From Octopus bimaculoides (taxonomy: Eukaryota): a stretch of 64,000 bases of DNA. The notes under the pieces are model-generated. The model searched no databases and was not told the DNA's origin. It saw only the letters and a list, made by a program, of their open reading frames with translations. Of the stretch, positions 52,639 through 64,000 are shown piece by piece. Made by a program: the position numbers and the translations under genes. The first letter of the stretch is position 1; each line of letters opens with the position of its first letter. The stretch is from the NCBI RefSeq assembly GCF_001194135.2, contig NC_068991.1, positions 12,967,445-13,031,444 on the forward strand, written 5' to 3'.

Positions 52639-53139
52639 GATAATTACATGCAAATTTTCGGTACTTTTAGAATAATTATATCTTAGTCCATACATTTTTG
52701 TCACTTTTAATTAACTTTCTATTATTGTCATTAAGCCATTGATGGCCATTAAAATATGTTAGAACTAAAAAAAAAAAGAAGGCTATCGTTTTATTGGCGT
52801 CTTGTGTGTCTTGTTATTTTTTTGGTAGAGGTGGTGTGTACTATAATATTACAAATAAATGGTCACCATCTTTTGGCTAAGATCAAAATGTAAATATTTT
52901 ATTATTAAATACAACGTACACTGTCTAAGAAATCCATCAATGCTCAGTGTTTTCACCTGTCATCGGAACAAATGTGCCATTCTCAGGTAATAAAACAGCT
53001 GTCACTTTTGATGACAGGAACACATTTATATACACACATGTGCACGTGAATGCATGTGTTCTGCTGTATCATTAACGAGTAAGATAGTTTTAATGCAGTC
53101 GTTTAAAGCTCTAATGAGGTTTTATTATTGTTAAAGTTG

Positions 53140-54110
53140 CAAGCTGGCAGAATCGTTAACATTTTGTCTGTTTTTACATTCTGAATTCTAATTCTGCCAA
53201 GCTTGACTTAGCCTTTTGTCTTTTTGGGATTGGTAAAATAAGTGTCAGTGGAGCACTGAGGTCGATGTAATCAACTGGTTCCCTTGAAATTTTGGACCTT
53301 GTGCCTATAGTAGAAAGGATTATTATTATTATTATTATTTTCTTTTGGTTCTTTATGTTCTGAGTTCAGATTCTGCCAAGGTTCATCTAGCCTTTCATCC
53401 TTTCAGGGTCAATAGAATAAATACCAGTTGAGTTCTTGGATTCGTGTTAGTGACTTAACCCTTTCCCCTGAAATTACTGGGCTTGTGCTTAAATTAGAAA
53501 GAATTATCATTATAATGTGAAGGCAGCGAGCTGGCAGAATCGTTAGCATGGTGGGTGAAATGCTTAGCAGTATTTAATGTGCCGCAATGTTCTGAGTTCA
53601 AATTCTGTTGAGGTCGACTTTGCCTTTCATTCTTTCAGGGTCGATAAATTAAGTACCAGTTATGTACTGGAGTCGATGTAATCGACTTAATCCCTTTGTC
53701 TGTCCTTGTTTGTCCCCTCTATGTTTAGCCCCTTGTGGGCAATAAAGAAATAAGAACCGTTAGCATGCTGGGTGAAATGCTTAGTGGTATTTCGTCTGTC
53801 TTTATGTTCTGAGTTCAAATTCTGCCGAGGTCAACTTTGCCTTTCGTCCTTTCGGGTCAATAAATTAAGTACCAGCGAAACTCTGGGGTCGATGATATCG
53901 ACTATCCCTCTCCCCCAAATTTCAGGCCTTGTGCCTATAGTAGAAAGGATTATTATTATTATTATTAATGTGGTGAGTTGGCAGAAGCATTACCACACCA
54001 GACAAAATGCTTAGCTGCATTTCTTCCAGCTCCTTATGTCCTGTGTTCAAATACTACTGAGGTCAACTCTGACTTTCATTTATGCAGTGGCAATAAAATA
54101 AAGTACCAGC
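53140..54110 (+). mobile_element. Second cluster of head-to-tail family-B-related SINEs (intron A-B)
   Basis: About five consecutive B cores; best copies 53520-53750 and 53752-53950. Confidence 0.78.
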
Positions 54111-54523
54111 ATAGGCGCAGGAGTGGCTGTGTGGTAAGTAGCTTGCTTACCAACCACATGGTTCCGGGTTCAGTCCCATTGCGTGGCACCTTGGGCAAGT
54201 GTCTTCTACTATAGCCTCGGGCCGACCAAAGCCTTGTGAGTGAATTTGGTAGATGGAAACTGAAAGAAGCCCGTCGTATATATGTAAATATATATATATA
54301 TGTGTGTGTGTGTGTGTTTGTGTGTCTGTGTTTGTCCTAGCATTGCTTGACAACCGATGCTGGTGTGTTTATGTCCCCGTCACTAGCGGTTCAGCAAAAA
54401 GAGACCAATAGAATAAGTACTAGGCTTACAAAGAATAAGTCCCGGGGTCGATTTGTTCGACTAAAGGCGGTGCTCCAGCATGGCCGCAGACTGAAACAAG
54501 TAGAAGAGTAAAGAGTAAAAGAG
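54111..54523 (+). mobile_element. SINE family A in intron A-B
   Basis: Similarity to other copies. Confidence 0.88.
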
Positions 54524-54824
54524 TGAAATACTTGGTGGTGGGATTGATGTAATCAACTACTCCAACCATCTAAAATTGTTGGCTGTGTGCCAAAATTTGA
54601 AACAGATATTCTTCTCAAGTATTGAGCCTCATAACATTGGTAACAAATATTTGATAATACGTGAGACATATTGTAAAGGTAACAGGAGAAAATTGAAGTA
54701 AAACAAAATTACCATGACTGCTTTTTTTCTTGATTCTTGATTTTGTTGCTTGTTTTGGAGTTTTTTTCTTTTTTAAATATTCCTGACTGTATAATATATA
54801 TTTATATTTTTTTTTCTACTCCAG

Positions 54825-55005
54825 CCTGGCCGCAGAAGAGTCTATAACATGGAGCCACGGACACCTCTTAAAAGACAGAGAATACCTGTTCAACGATTTC
54901 AGTCACCTGTACTCGAAGAAGGTGCACCAAAACCTAAAATCCCCACTGAGGAAAAAATTTTATTGTTCAAAAAGGGATCCTTCCTGGCAGTTAGAAATTC
55001 TGAAG
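54825..55005 (+). CDS. Exon B of the same gene
   Basis: tttttctactccag| ... |gtatgt; 181 nt, phase 0 to 1; PGRRRVYNMEPRTPLKRQRIPVQRFQSPVLEEGAPKPKIPTEEKILLFKKGSFLAVRNSE(G). Confidence 0.9.
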
Positions 55006-55494
55006 GTATGTTATGCTGAAAATGTTTTCGCTTATTTACTAACCAGAAAACATTAAAACATCTCTCCCACACATACATATATACACGTATACTCTCACAC
55101 AAATACGTATAAAATGTCAGTTTAGTTACTTATCATCTAAATCTCTTCAAATTCTTGATTATTCCAAAAATTAATTGAAACACATTCATTTTTTTCTTAT
55201 CAGATATATAACTGTAAATGAGTTAAACACACCAATGTGGAATTTTAGTGTTGCTTGGACTACACAGGCAGGCAAGCAGGCAGGCAAGCAGGCAGGCAAT
55301 TACTAATGTAATATTAGTGGTATAAGCTTTATGAGTTGGCCAAAACCTAGAGCAAGTGTGTATTGAAAGTTATAAAAAACACATGCTATATCTATAAACA
55401 GTGTTGTTGCATCTGCCATATGCTATGACACGCCTGGCTAAATTCAGACAATGGATAAGACTCAGCTATTGTTACTAATTATAAAGAAATAATC

Positions 55495-55535
<41 letters not shown>

Positions 55536-55671
55536 CATCTCAAGTATTGAAGGGTGCTTATATACATTATTTTGAAAATAACTAGTATAAGAAAGGCTTC
55601 ACTGAGAATATAGACATAGTGGTATTAATGTGTGTTACAGTGAAAGTAATATATATATATATATATTATTT

Positions 55672-56013
55672 ATGCACCCTTTTAAAGCCTAGCCAGGCTC
55701 ATGGGTCCGGTTTCCCGGTTTCTATGGCGTATGTGAGTGTTTATTGAGCGAAAACACCTAAAGCTCCACGAGGCTCTGGCAATGGTGGCGAACCCTGCTG
55801 TGCTCTTCCACCACAACTTTCTCTCTTGCTTCCTGTTTCTGTTGTGCCTGTAATTCAAAGGGTCAGCCTCGTCACACTGTTTCACGCTGAATATCCCCGA
55901 GAACTACGTTGAGGGTACACGTGTCTGTGGAGTGCTCAGCCACTTGCACGTTAATTTCACGAGCAGGCTGTTCCATTGATCGGATCAACTGGAACCCTCG
56001 ACGTTGTAAGCGA
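55672..56013 (+). mobile_element. Family T body with a foreign 5' end (chimeric)
   Basis: T body starts at gtgagtgtttattgagcg (~55733); the preceding ~60 nt are not the tRNA head. Confidence 0.7.
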
Positions 56014-56749
56014 ATAACTCTTAAAGGTGGTGCCCTAGCATGACCACAGTCCAATGACTGAAACAAGATGAAAGATAAAAAATATGATACTCTGAAATAC
56101 AATCAAAACCTCATCTTAAACAATGGCAAATGCTGTGTACTTCAAGAAAGAAGCACAACAAAGTGCCTGTGACCGATTTCGAGTTTGTAACTTTTGAGTC
56201 GGTTATTCCAACAACAGTACCAACAACGGTGGAGCAGTGTATCTATTTGTATTGATTTCTCTTGGATTCAGCTTATTGATCAAGGAATAGTGAGAACATA
56301 TATGATTTGAGACCTTCCCAAAGGGGTTGGATTGATATTATAACTGAGGTTAGCATAGTTAAAATTAATGTTTCATACTCAGCATGTTGCTGTCTTTTTC
56401 TTTTTTTTCTTTAGTGCTTGTGGTAGTAATTGGAAAACCAATATAAAACTATTGTATGTGAAACACTTCAGATGCTAGACTCACATGCATACCACATGCA
56501 CATAGTTTTACAGATACTAATAAGGATTTCTTTTATATGTATGAGAAATCAATAATAACAATAATGATAAAAGGAGAAAAATATTAGATCAATAACATGT
56601 TTATATGTTTATTACAATATAAATTGAGTCACAAGCTGGCTGTTATTGTATAACTATGCTGTTGTATTGTATAATGGCATTTTATAATTGGGTCATTCCA
56701 TGCTTGAAGTGGTATCATTACAAATCATCCATTTTCTCATACTGATGAT

Positions 56750-56786
<37 letters not shown>

Positions 56787-57191
56787 GTTTGTAATTTAGG
56801 CACAAGGCCAGCAATTTTGAAGGGAAGCAGTGGTGGTTAAATCAAACCTAGTACTTGGCTGGAGTTTATTTTATTGACTCTGGATGGATTAAAAAGTAAA
56901 GTTGACTTTGGTATGATTTGAACTCAGAATGTAAAGAGCCAATTCAAATATTGTGCGACATTTTGTTCAACGCTCTCATTTAGGCTAATGGCCAGTATTG
57001 TTTTGGGTGGGAAAAATGTCAGCTTGATATCATCAACTCTAGTACTTGACTGGTACTTTTTATTATTGTACTCAGAGGAATGAAAAACAAAGCTAACCTC
57101 AGCAAGATTTGAGCTCAGAATTTAAAGAGCTGAAAGAATTTCCATGAGGAATTGTTTTCTGTTGCTTTAATGATTGTACAACTCCATCCCT

Positions 57192-57229
<38 letters not shown>

Positions 57230-57231
<2 letters not shown>

Positions 57232-57620
57232 GGCACAAGAGTGGCTGTGTGGTAAGTAGCTTGCCTACCAACCACATGGTTCCGGGTTCAGTCCCACTGC
57301 ATGGCACCTTGGGCAAGTCTCTTCTGCTATAGCCTCGGGCCAACCAAAGCCTTGTGAGTGGATTTGGTTGACGGAAACTGAAAGAAGCCCATCATATATG
57401 TATGTGTGTCTGTGTTTGTCCCCCCAACATCACTTGACAACCGATGGTGGTGTGTTTACGTCCCCGTAACTTAGCAGTTCGGCAAAAAGAGACCGATAGA
57501 ATAAGTACTAGGCTTCCAAAGAATAAGTCCCGGGGGTCGATTTGCTCGACTAAAAGGCGGTGCTCCAGCATGGCTGCAGCCAAATGACTGAAACAAGTAA
57601 AAGAGTAAAAAGAGTAAGAG
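57230..57620 (+). mobile_element. SINE family A in intron B-C
   Basis: Similarity; follows an (aat)n run. Older or partial A copies also at ~16120-16500, 36341-36530, 47290-47430 and 61585-61700. Confidence 0.88.
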
Positions 57621-58059
57621 TAATATCATCAGCATCATCATTGTACATATAATTATTGTTGTTGTTGCTTAGCGCCAGTTCATCCCTGATCAAGCAGACC
57701 CTATGATCAGAGACATTTCCGCTGTGACCATCCTCTATCTTTTTTAGGAGTGTCCAGGATTACATTGGTACATGTGTTCTTCCTTTGTGGGTGGTCGCAT
57801 AATGAGTTGAATTGAATTTATTATTGATTCACTCTCGTCACAATTATTGGCCTTGATTATTTATTCATGAAGGATTTGAATAAAATTTGTAAGATCTTTA
57901 TGTTTTAATAGTAATTATTGTTTTTTTTCCTCACTCACTCAGATCCGATTATTTTAAAAAACTTTTTACTGACATATGGTGTGGAAATTCTTATCGTTTC
58001 TAGATGTTCAGCTCAACTTCATATAAGCTGATAATCCATGCAGTATTGCTATTATTTCT

Positions 58060-58409
58060 GTGATCTTGGCACTTGTGCCGCAGCTTCACGTTCCTGGCAC
58101 GTGAAAAGACATTTGAGCGACATCGTTGCCACACCTGCTGGACTGGCTCCTGTGCAGGTGGCACATAAAATACACCATTTTGAGTGTGGCCGTTGCCAGT
58201 ACCGCCTGACTAGCCGTTGTGCCGGTGGCACGTAAAAGCACCCACTACACTTTCGGAGTGGTTGGCGTTAGGAAGGGCATCCAGCTGTAGAAACTCTGCC
58301 AGATCAGATTGGAGCCTGGTGTAGCCATCTGGTTCGCCAGTCCTCAGTCAAATCGTCCAACCCATGCTAGCATGGAAAGCAGCCGTTAAACGATGATGAT
58401 GATGATGAT
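58060..58409 (+). mobile_element. Retroposon family R
   Basis: Ends atggaaagcagccgttaaac(gat)n. Confidence 0.85.
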
Positions 58410-58458
58410 ATATATATATACACATAATTCTTTTGACTCTCCCTCTTTTGTGTTTTAG

Positions 58459-58725
58459 GTACCTTTTATGTCTGCAAGGCTCAGCAAATTCTCTACCGCT
58501 CATCAAAACGTTTCCGGATTCAATGGCTTAATGTGGACCAGCCTCCAGATGTTTATAAATTGGACTATTTAGATACCACTGAAATCGAGTGTGTGTTGTG
58601 CGATGTCAAGATGGACAGGGTAGAGAAGGACACCTATCGTCTACCCTCGTCTCAACAAAGACGTGCCGAACAAGCTTTAAAGAAGGTCCTTAACTTGGAA
58701 AGAGGATTGCCGCTCAATGAAGGAA
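58459..58725 (+). CDS. Exon C, globular domain
   Basis: ttttgtgttttag| ... |gtatgt; 267 nt, phase 1 to 1; GTFYVCKAQQILYRSSKRFRIQWLNVDQPPDVYKLDYLDTTEIECVLCDVKMDRVEKDTYRLPSSQQRRAEQALKKVLNLERGLPLNEG; overlaps track ORF 58533..58784. Confidence 0.92.
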
Positions 58726-58816
58726 GTATGTCATCTGCTTTTAATGATTTCCATATTTGCCTTTGTTCTGTTTTATTCAAATGATAAAAAAAATTTTTAT
58801 GTATCTGTATTGCTGT

Positions 58817-59200
58817 GGAGGCGCAATGGCCCAGTGGTTAGGGCAGCGGACTTGTGGTCATAGGATCGCGGTTTCGATCCCGAGACCGGGTGTTGTGAGT
58901 GTTTATCGAGCGAAAACACCTAAAGCTCCACGAGGCTCCGGCAGGGGATGGTGGCGAACCCTGCTGTACTCTTCCACCACAACTTTCTCTCACTCTTACT
59001 TCCTGTTTCTGTTGTGCCTGTAATTCAAAGGGTCAGCCTTGTCACACTGTGTCACGCTGAATATTCCCCGAGAACTACGTTAAGGGTACACCTGTCTGTG
59101 GAGTGCTCAGCTACTTGCACGTTAATTTCACGATCAGGCTGTTCCGTTGATCGGATCAACTGGAACCCTCGACGTCGTAAGCGACAGAGTGCCAACAACA
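58817..59200 (+). mobile_element. SINE family T, full length, in intron C-D
   Basis: 12-bp repeat atctgtattgct at 58803-58814 and 59200-59211. Confidence 0.92.
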
Positions 59201-59391
59201 TCTGTATTGCTATTTAGAATTTTTTTTTTTTTGTATGTGTTTAAGAAAAGGATCCATTTTGAAATCCTTTATTGAAACTTGTTTGTTGCATCTTTAAAGA
59301 ATCATGAAAATAATCCTGACTTTTTGAAATTTAAAAGGAAAATAAACAAGCAAACAAACTTAAATTTAAATTTTTCAAATTATCATTGCAG

Positions 59392-59496
59392 TTGAAGATG
59401 AAGAACCAATCAATAAGAAAAAGAAGGTTGTTGAAAGCTCCCCTAAACCAGTGAAACCTCAGCCATCTTCAAAGGAAGGAAAAGTATCGCAGAAAG
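59392..59496 (+). CDS. Exon D, Lys/Pro-rich linker
   Basis: tatcattgcag| ... AAAG|gtaatt; 105 nt, phase 1 to 1; IEDEEPINKKKKVVESSPKPVKPQPSSKEGKVSQK. Confidence 0.88.
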
Positions 59497-60229
59497 GTAA
59501 TTAATTGCACGAAGAACAGAATGAAAGAATAACTGAATCTACACCATCTTAAATTAGTAACCGATGACAAGCAGGCAGGCAGGCAGGCAGGCTGCATGTG
59601 AGCAAGTAAAAGAGTTTCTGTGTGATTGTTTAACTTGTTAGAAATAGCAGCCAAATCTTCTTGAAAGTATCATACCCTTCAGACTGGCCCTCATGCCGGT
59701 GGCACGTGAAAAGCACCCACTGCACTCTCGGAGTGGTTGGCGCTAGGAAGAGCATCCAGCTGTAGAAACTCTGCCAAATCAGATTGGAGTCTGGTGTAGC
59801 CATCCGGTTAACCAGTCCCCAGTCAAATCGTCCAACCCATGCCAGCATGGAAAGCAGACGTTAAATTATGATGATGATGATTTTGTGCACCGTAGAAGTA
59901 TCACCAATTTATTGTATGTAATCTTTAAAAACAAGATATGATATGGACCCTTAAGGGCCATGTGGACGCCGGTCAAAAACCGCTGATCTAAATCATCAAA
60001 AGTGAAGAGATATGAGAGAAGAATGTATTTATTTGACCTCTTCTTATCCTTTTGATTACAGCTGTTTCGCAACGTTTTTCATGTAATAATAATTTCAGTG
60101 TATATTATGTTTAAATATCTGCACTAATATGCATGCTGTGAATTATACAATACAATTATGTATTTACAGATTAGTAAAGATGAAGAAAGTTAGCGCATAC
60201 AATCACTAGGACATCATTGTTACACCAAC

Positions 60230-60232
<3 letters not shown>

Positions 60233-60308
<76 letters not shown>

Positions 60309-60312
60309 GTCT
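60233..60312. repeat. (ATCT)n tetranucleotide microsatellite
   Basis: Direct inspection. Confidence 0.95.
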
Positions 60313-60498
60313 ATTGAGTGTTGATTGTTCCTTCCCTAGAATTGGTTGCTTTGTTGCTAATTTTATGTAAATCAATATTGATGTTGTCAAAAAGAAATTT
60401 CCTATTTTTTTCCCTCTACCCCCACCACCACATCATGGCTTGAAATTAAACCCATATTCTATTCTTTTATTTTCCCTGTTTTACTTTTTCAAATTTAG

Positions 60499-60622
60499 GG
60501 AAAGCCAAAGGAGAAAAACCTGGCAAGCGGAAAGGTGGTGGCAAGCGAAAAGACCAAGAACAAAAACTCAAGCCCAACCCCAACATTGAAGTCCTCGAGA
60601 AAGAACCATTTTTTGAAACTAA
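60499..60622 (+). CDS. Exon E
   Basis: tttttcaaatttag| ... |gtaagc; 124 nt, phase 1 to 2; GKAKGEKPGKRKGGGKRKDQEQKLKPNPNIEVLEKEPFFET. Confidence 0.9.
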
Positions 60623-60949
60623 GTAAGCAACACTTGATTGGTTTTTCTTCCCATTTCTCTTGTGATGGCAAGTGCTATCCTATATATCAGACCATCTTCT
60701 AGAAAAAAAAAAAAAAAATAAATAAAAGGGTGAAGCTGATTACACTCTCTTTAATTATAATCTTACCTTAATTATAAATCTTACCTATATAACACTTGAA
60801 ACATTATATCACATTCTGTAATTAAAACACTGAAGGAACATTCTGTTTGTTTCTGGATCTTTGGAATATTTATTTGCCTTGTTCATCAGTGGTATTTTTT
60901 TTCTTTTTATCTTTTGTGTCCGTCGTCTCTCTCATTGGACACAAAACTC

Positions 60950-61355
60950 AGCTTGCGATGACTTATTGGGGCAAGCAAAAGCGAAATTGTGATGGCATCT
61001 GTGCCTAGCGACGCCTTTCTGGCACTTGTGCCCGTGGCATGTGTAAGGACTTTCGAGCGAGATCGTTGCCAGTGCCCCTGGACTGGCTCTTGTGCGGGTG
61101 GCACATAATATACACCATTTTGAGCGTGGCCGTTCCCAGTACTGCCTGACTGGCCTTCGTGCGGGTGACACGTAAAAGCACCCACTACACTCTCTGAGTC
61201 GTTGGCGTTAGGAAGGGCATCCAGCTGTAGAAACTCTGCCAAATCAGATTGGAGCCTGGTGTAGCCATCTGGTTTCACCAGTCCTCAGTCAAATCGTCCA
61301 ACCCATGCTAGCATGGAAAGCGGATGTTAAACGACGACGATGATGATGATGATGA
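60950..61355 (+). mobile_element. Retroposon family R
   Basis: Similarity; shorter R copies at 525-648, 39502-39627, 50746-50960 (-) and 59683-59881. Confidence 0.85.
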
Positions 61356-62092
61356 CAGGTGAAAATGTTCTGATGTTATATATAGCATGGCATGCAACAT
61401 AAGTGTAACTTTTTATTGGATGGTACTCCAATATTCCATGTACTCTAAAGCTGGAATATTGTGTTACAACCAAGTTCAGTTGACAAATACATGTTTGTAT
61501 GTATGGGTGGGTTGGTGGGCGGGCACAAAGAACAGACATTAAAAGATGATGGTGATGATGTATATATACATCAGTCCTACTGCATGTTACATTGGGCAAG
61601 TGTCTTTACTCTAGCCCTAGTCTGACAAAAGCCTTGTGAGTGAATTTGGTAGACGGAAACTGAAAGAAGCTTGTCATGTGCATGTGTGTGTGTGTTTTTT
61701 ATTCTCTTAACTTTCACATCATGTGATAGTTGTAAACGAATGTCACCGTCATGTACGTGGCGTTCTTCGTTTCCAGTCTTTGGTGAAAACATAATTGGTC
61801 ATGGAGGAATATTAACTTGCATGGTAACGAGTAAAGGTTGGCAACAGGAAGGGTATCTGGTTGTCGAAAATTGCATTGTAGTATAATAAATTACATGCAA
61901 TTTAGTTACCCCTCTGTTGCTCCTAATTGGAGCAGGTTGATTAAAATTCCTCATTTTTCTTCATTTTCCTTTTGTGTCGTCTGCCTCTTTCCCTAAAATG
62001 AATGACTTCAAGTGCTTTTTTTTCTCTCTTCATGCCTTTTACCTGAAGAACTTGCTTACTTTAACCTGTCTTGTTTTTATTTGTATTTGTAG

Positions 62093-62192
62093 CGAACCTG
62101 TGCCTTTCATCTCTCCCCATGTAAATGGAAAATTAGCCATCCGTGCTGTTTTATTGAATGACATGACTCTGCTCAAATCTCTCAAGTATGGT
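62093..62192 (+). CDS. Exon F
   Basis: ttgtatttgtag| ... GGT|gtaagt; 100 nt, phase 2 to 0; (N)EPVPFISPHVNGKLAIRAVLLNDMTLLKSLKYG. A second GT 7 nt upstream (after 62185) would not fit exon G's phase. Confidence 0.85.
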
Positions 62193-62436
62193 GTAAGTTT
62201 TCCTCTTATTATTACTTTCTCTTTCTCTCTCTTCACACGCATATAATTATATTAGTCCAGAGATAAAGATGACCAGTTATACAATAAAGAACTCTAAATT
62301 GTAGAGTAAAATGTTTTTATTTACAATATTACAATATTTACAAATTTTTACACAAGCACATGCGTAATTGATTATCTTAATCAAAGGATTAAGATGATCA
62401 ATCTTACAATAATTATATTTACAATGGAAACTGTGT

Positions 62437-62762
62437 AAAGACTCTCTTCAGTCATGAATGACCACGAGTTTGCACCTAGAAAGTTTCCCTCCGAGGCACA
62501 AAACCAAGCAAGGTTGTTTATGGAAGACCAGCAGTTGCCCAAGCATACAAACCTCTCCTCTCCACGCCACCGATGTTACCCAAGGGAAAAGCAAAGGCTG
62601 ATACACTAGTGACGTCGCAACTCATTTCTGTAGCTTAGTGAATTGGAGCAATGTGAATAAAGTGTCTTGCTCAAGAATACAACACACAGCCTGGTCCGGG
62701 AATTGAGCTCACTACCTCATGATTGTGAGTCCGACATTCCAACCACTGAGCCACGTGCCTTC
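62437..62762 (-). mobile_element. SINE family M in intron F-G
   Basis: Reverse complement similarity to 7335-7760. Confidence 0.8.
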
Positions 62763-63701
62763 TCTTATTTACAATATTTACTGATTTTTACACACATATA
62801 CACACATGCACACAGTTTCTTGTCCCCTGTGTCTCCCTTTATCTTACACTTTATCTCTCTTTTCCTCATGAGAGCTCTAACAACATTTCTAATAATGAAT
62901 TCTGATTTTGGCACATTTCAAACAATGATTTCTGAGTTGGTGCCGCAAATTTTGGGTGAGTGTATAGTTGATTTGGTTTGCACCGGTACTTGTGTGGTAC
63001 TTTATTCTATTGACTCTGGAAGAACAAAAGACAAAGTCAGCCTTGGCATGTCTCGAACTCAATCCTTCCACAAAATCTCCTTTTTAGAATTAGCCTCCCT
63101 TAACTTCTTTCCGTTTGAGAATTAGATTCCGCTCAGAGTTTTAACATCTCCTCAGAATAATGAAGAATTTGGGAAGTTTTTAAATCATTTTATTCAATAA
63201 TTTTGTATAGCTTTAGGTTAAGTCCTGATAAAGCAGACTAACCTGTTACTAAAAGTATTTCAGCCTTAACAAACATTTCCCACCACCAGACGGAAAATAA
63301 AGCTTGTAATGTTCACTTTTGTTCACTTTGTGATTGATACATAAAAGAGTGTTGTTACTAACTTCAGTTTGGAAATAATGATTGCTAGTTTGAATCCTAT
63401 ATGTTCACATCCTGAAATACAACATTGATAATGATTATCAAACTAATTGATATGTAGCTTAGATTTAAATATTTTTTTGAAAACCATTTTCATATCTAAA
63501 GATGTGATTATTAAAATGAACTATTATAATCTCATTAACAACATATAGTTTATTCTAATTAAGCATATAATCTATCCTAATTAAACATGTAGTCTATAAA
63601 ACTAAAAAAATATTTGATTTTCATGTTGTAATTGTATGTATTTATAATGTTCTGTAATTGGTAAATATTGTTTTTTTTTCCTCTCTCTCTCTTTTGTTCA
63701 G

Positions 63702-63868
63702 CTTGATTATGTGAGGTCACCAAAAAATGAATTGACAGCTTTACATTATGCTATTCAACGTCAGTACCGAGGGTTTGTAGGGTACCTCGCTGAAGACTAT
63801 TTTGGTTCATCCCGCAAATCTATCACAAACAAGCCACCTGTGTTGATTGACTCGATGGGCACTGGATG
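63702..63868 (+). CDS. Exon G, first ankyrin-like repeat; gene continues beyond the window
   Basis: ctctcttttgttcag| ... TG|gtaagt; 167 nt; only phase 0 is open; LDYVRSPKNELTALHYAIQRQYRGFVGYLAEDYFGSSRKSITNKPPVLIDSMGTG with an ankyrin-type TALHYA motif. Confidence 0.88.
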
Positions 63869-64000
63869 GTAAGTAGTCATTATTAAAAAACTGTTAACGA
63901 TAATTATGATAATGGTTGTGGTATCAGTGTCTACCTCTTAAAGTTAAACTGCTGTTTCTGTTTTTTTTTTTCTCAAAAAACATACTGAAGGGTTCTGGGT

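Noticed and set aside
62667-63125. 152-aa plus-strand ORF in intron F-G with a strong gtgagt donor
   Set aside because: Made of family M and B-related SINE remnants, and the phase does not fit exon G.

Overview
AT-rich, repeat-dense animal genomic DNA with 13 N-gaps. The SINE families and microsatellites look like those of an octopus (coleoid cephalopod); this is recognition from memory, not a database match. There are no prokaryotic-type features. The only well-supported protein-coding gene is on the + strand in the last 13 kb. Seven GT-AG exons (50680-63868) splice with matching phases into one open frame, about 317 codons from ATG 50731, that runs off the window end. The product reads: basic/CDK-site N-terminus, a compact globular beta-rich domain, a Lys-rich linker, then the start of an ankyrin-like region. 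It resembles the N-terminus of invertebrate ankyrin-WGR-PARP (PME-5/TANK-1-type, 'tankyrase-like') proteins (inference). The first 50 kb are mostly mobile DNA: at least four SINE families, hAT and piggyBac-type MITEs with target-site duplications (TSDs), an unusual GGGATC-ended MITE, and a decayed Penelope-like element (RT + GIY-YIG) split by SINEs. Short fold-back insertions carry hammerhead-ribozyme motifs; the one at 27579-27623 (-) has an intact catalytic core. Nearly all ORFs in the supplied track are SINE, microsatellite or N-gap artefacts.
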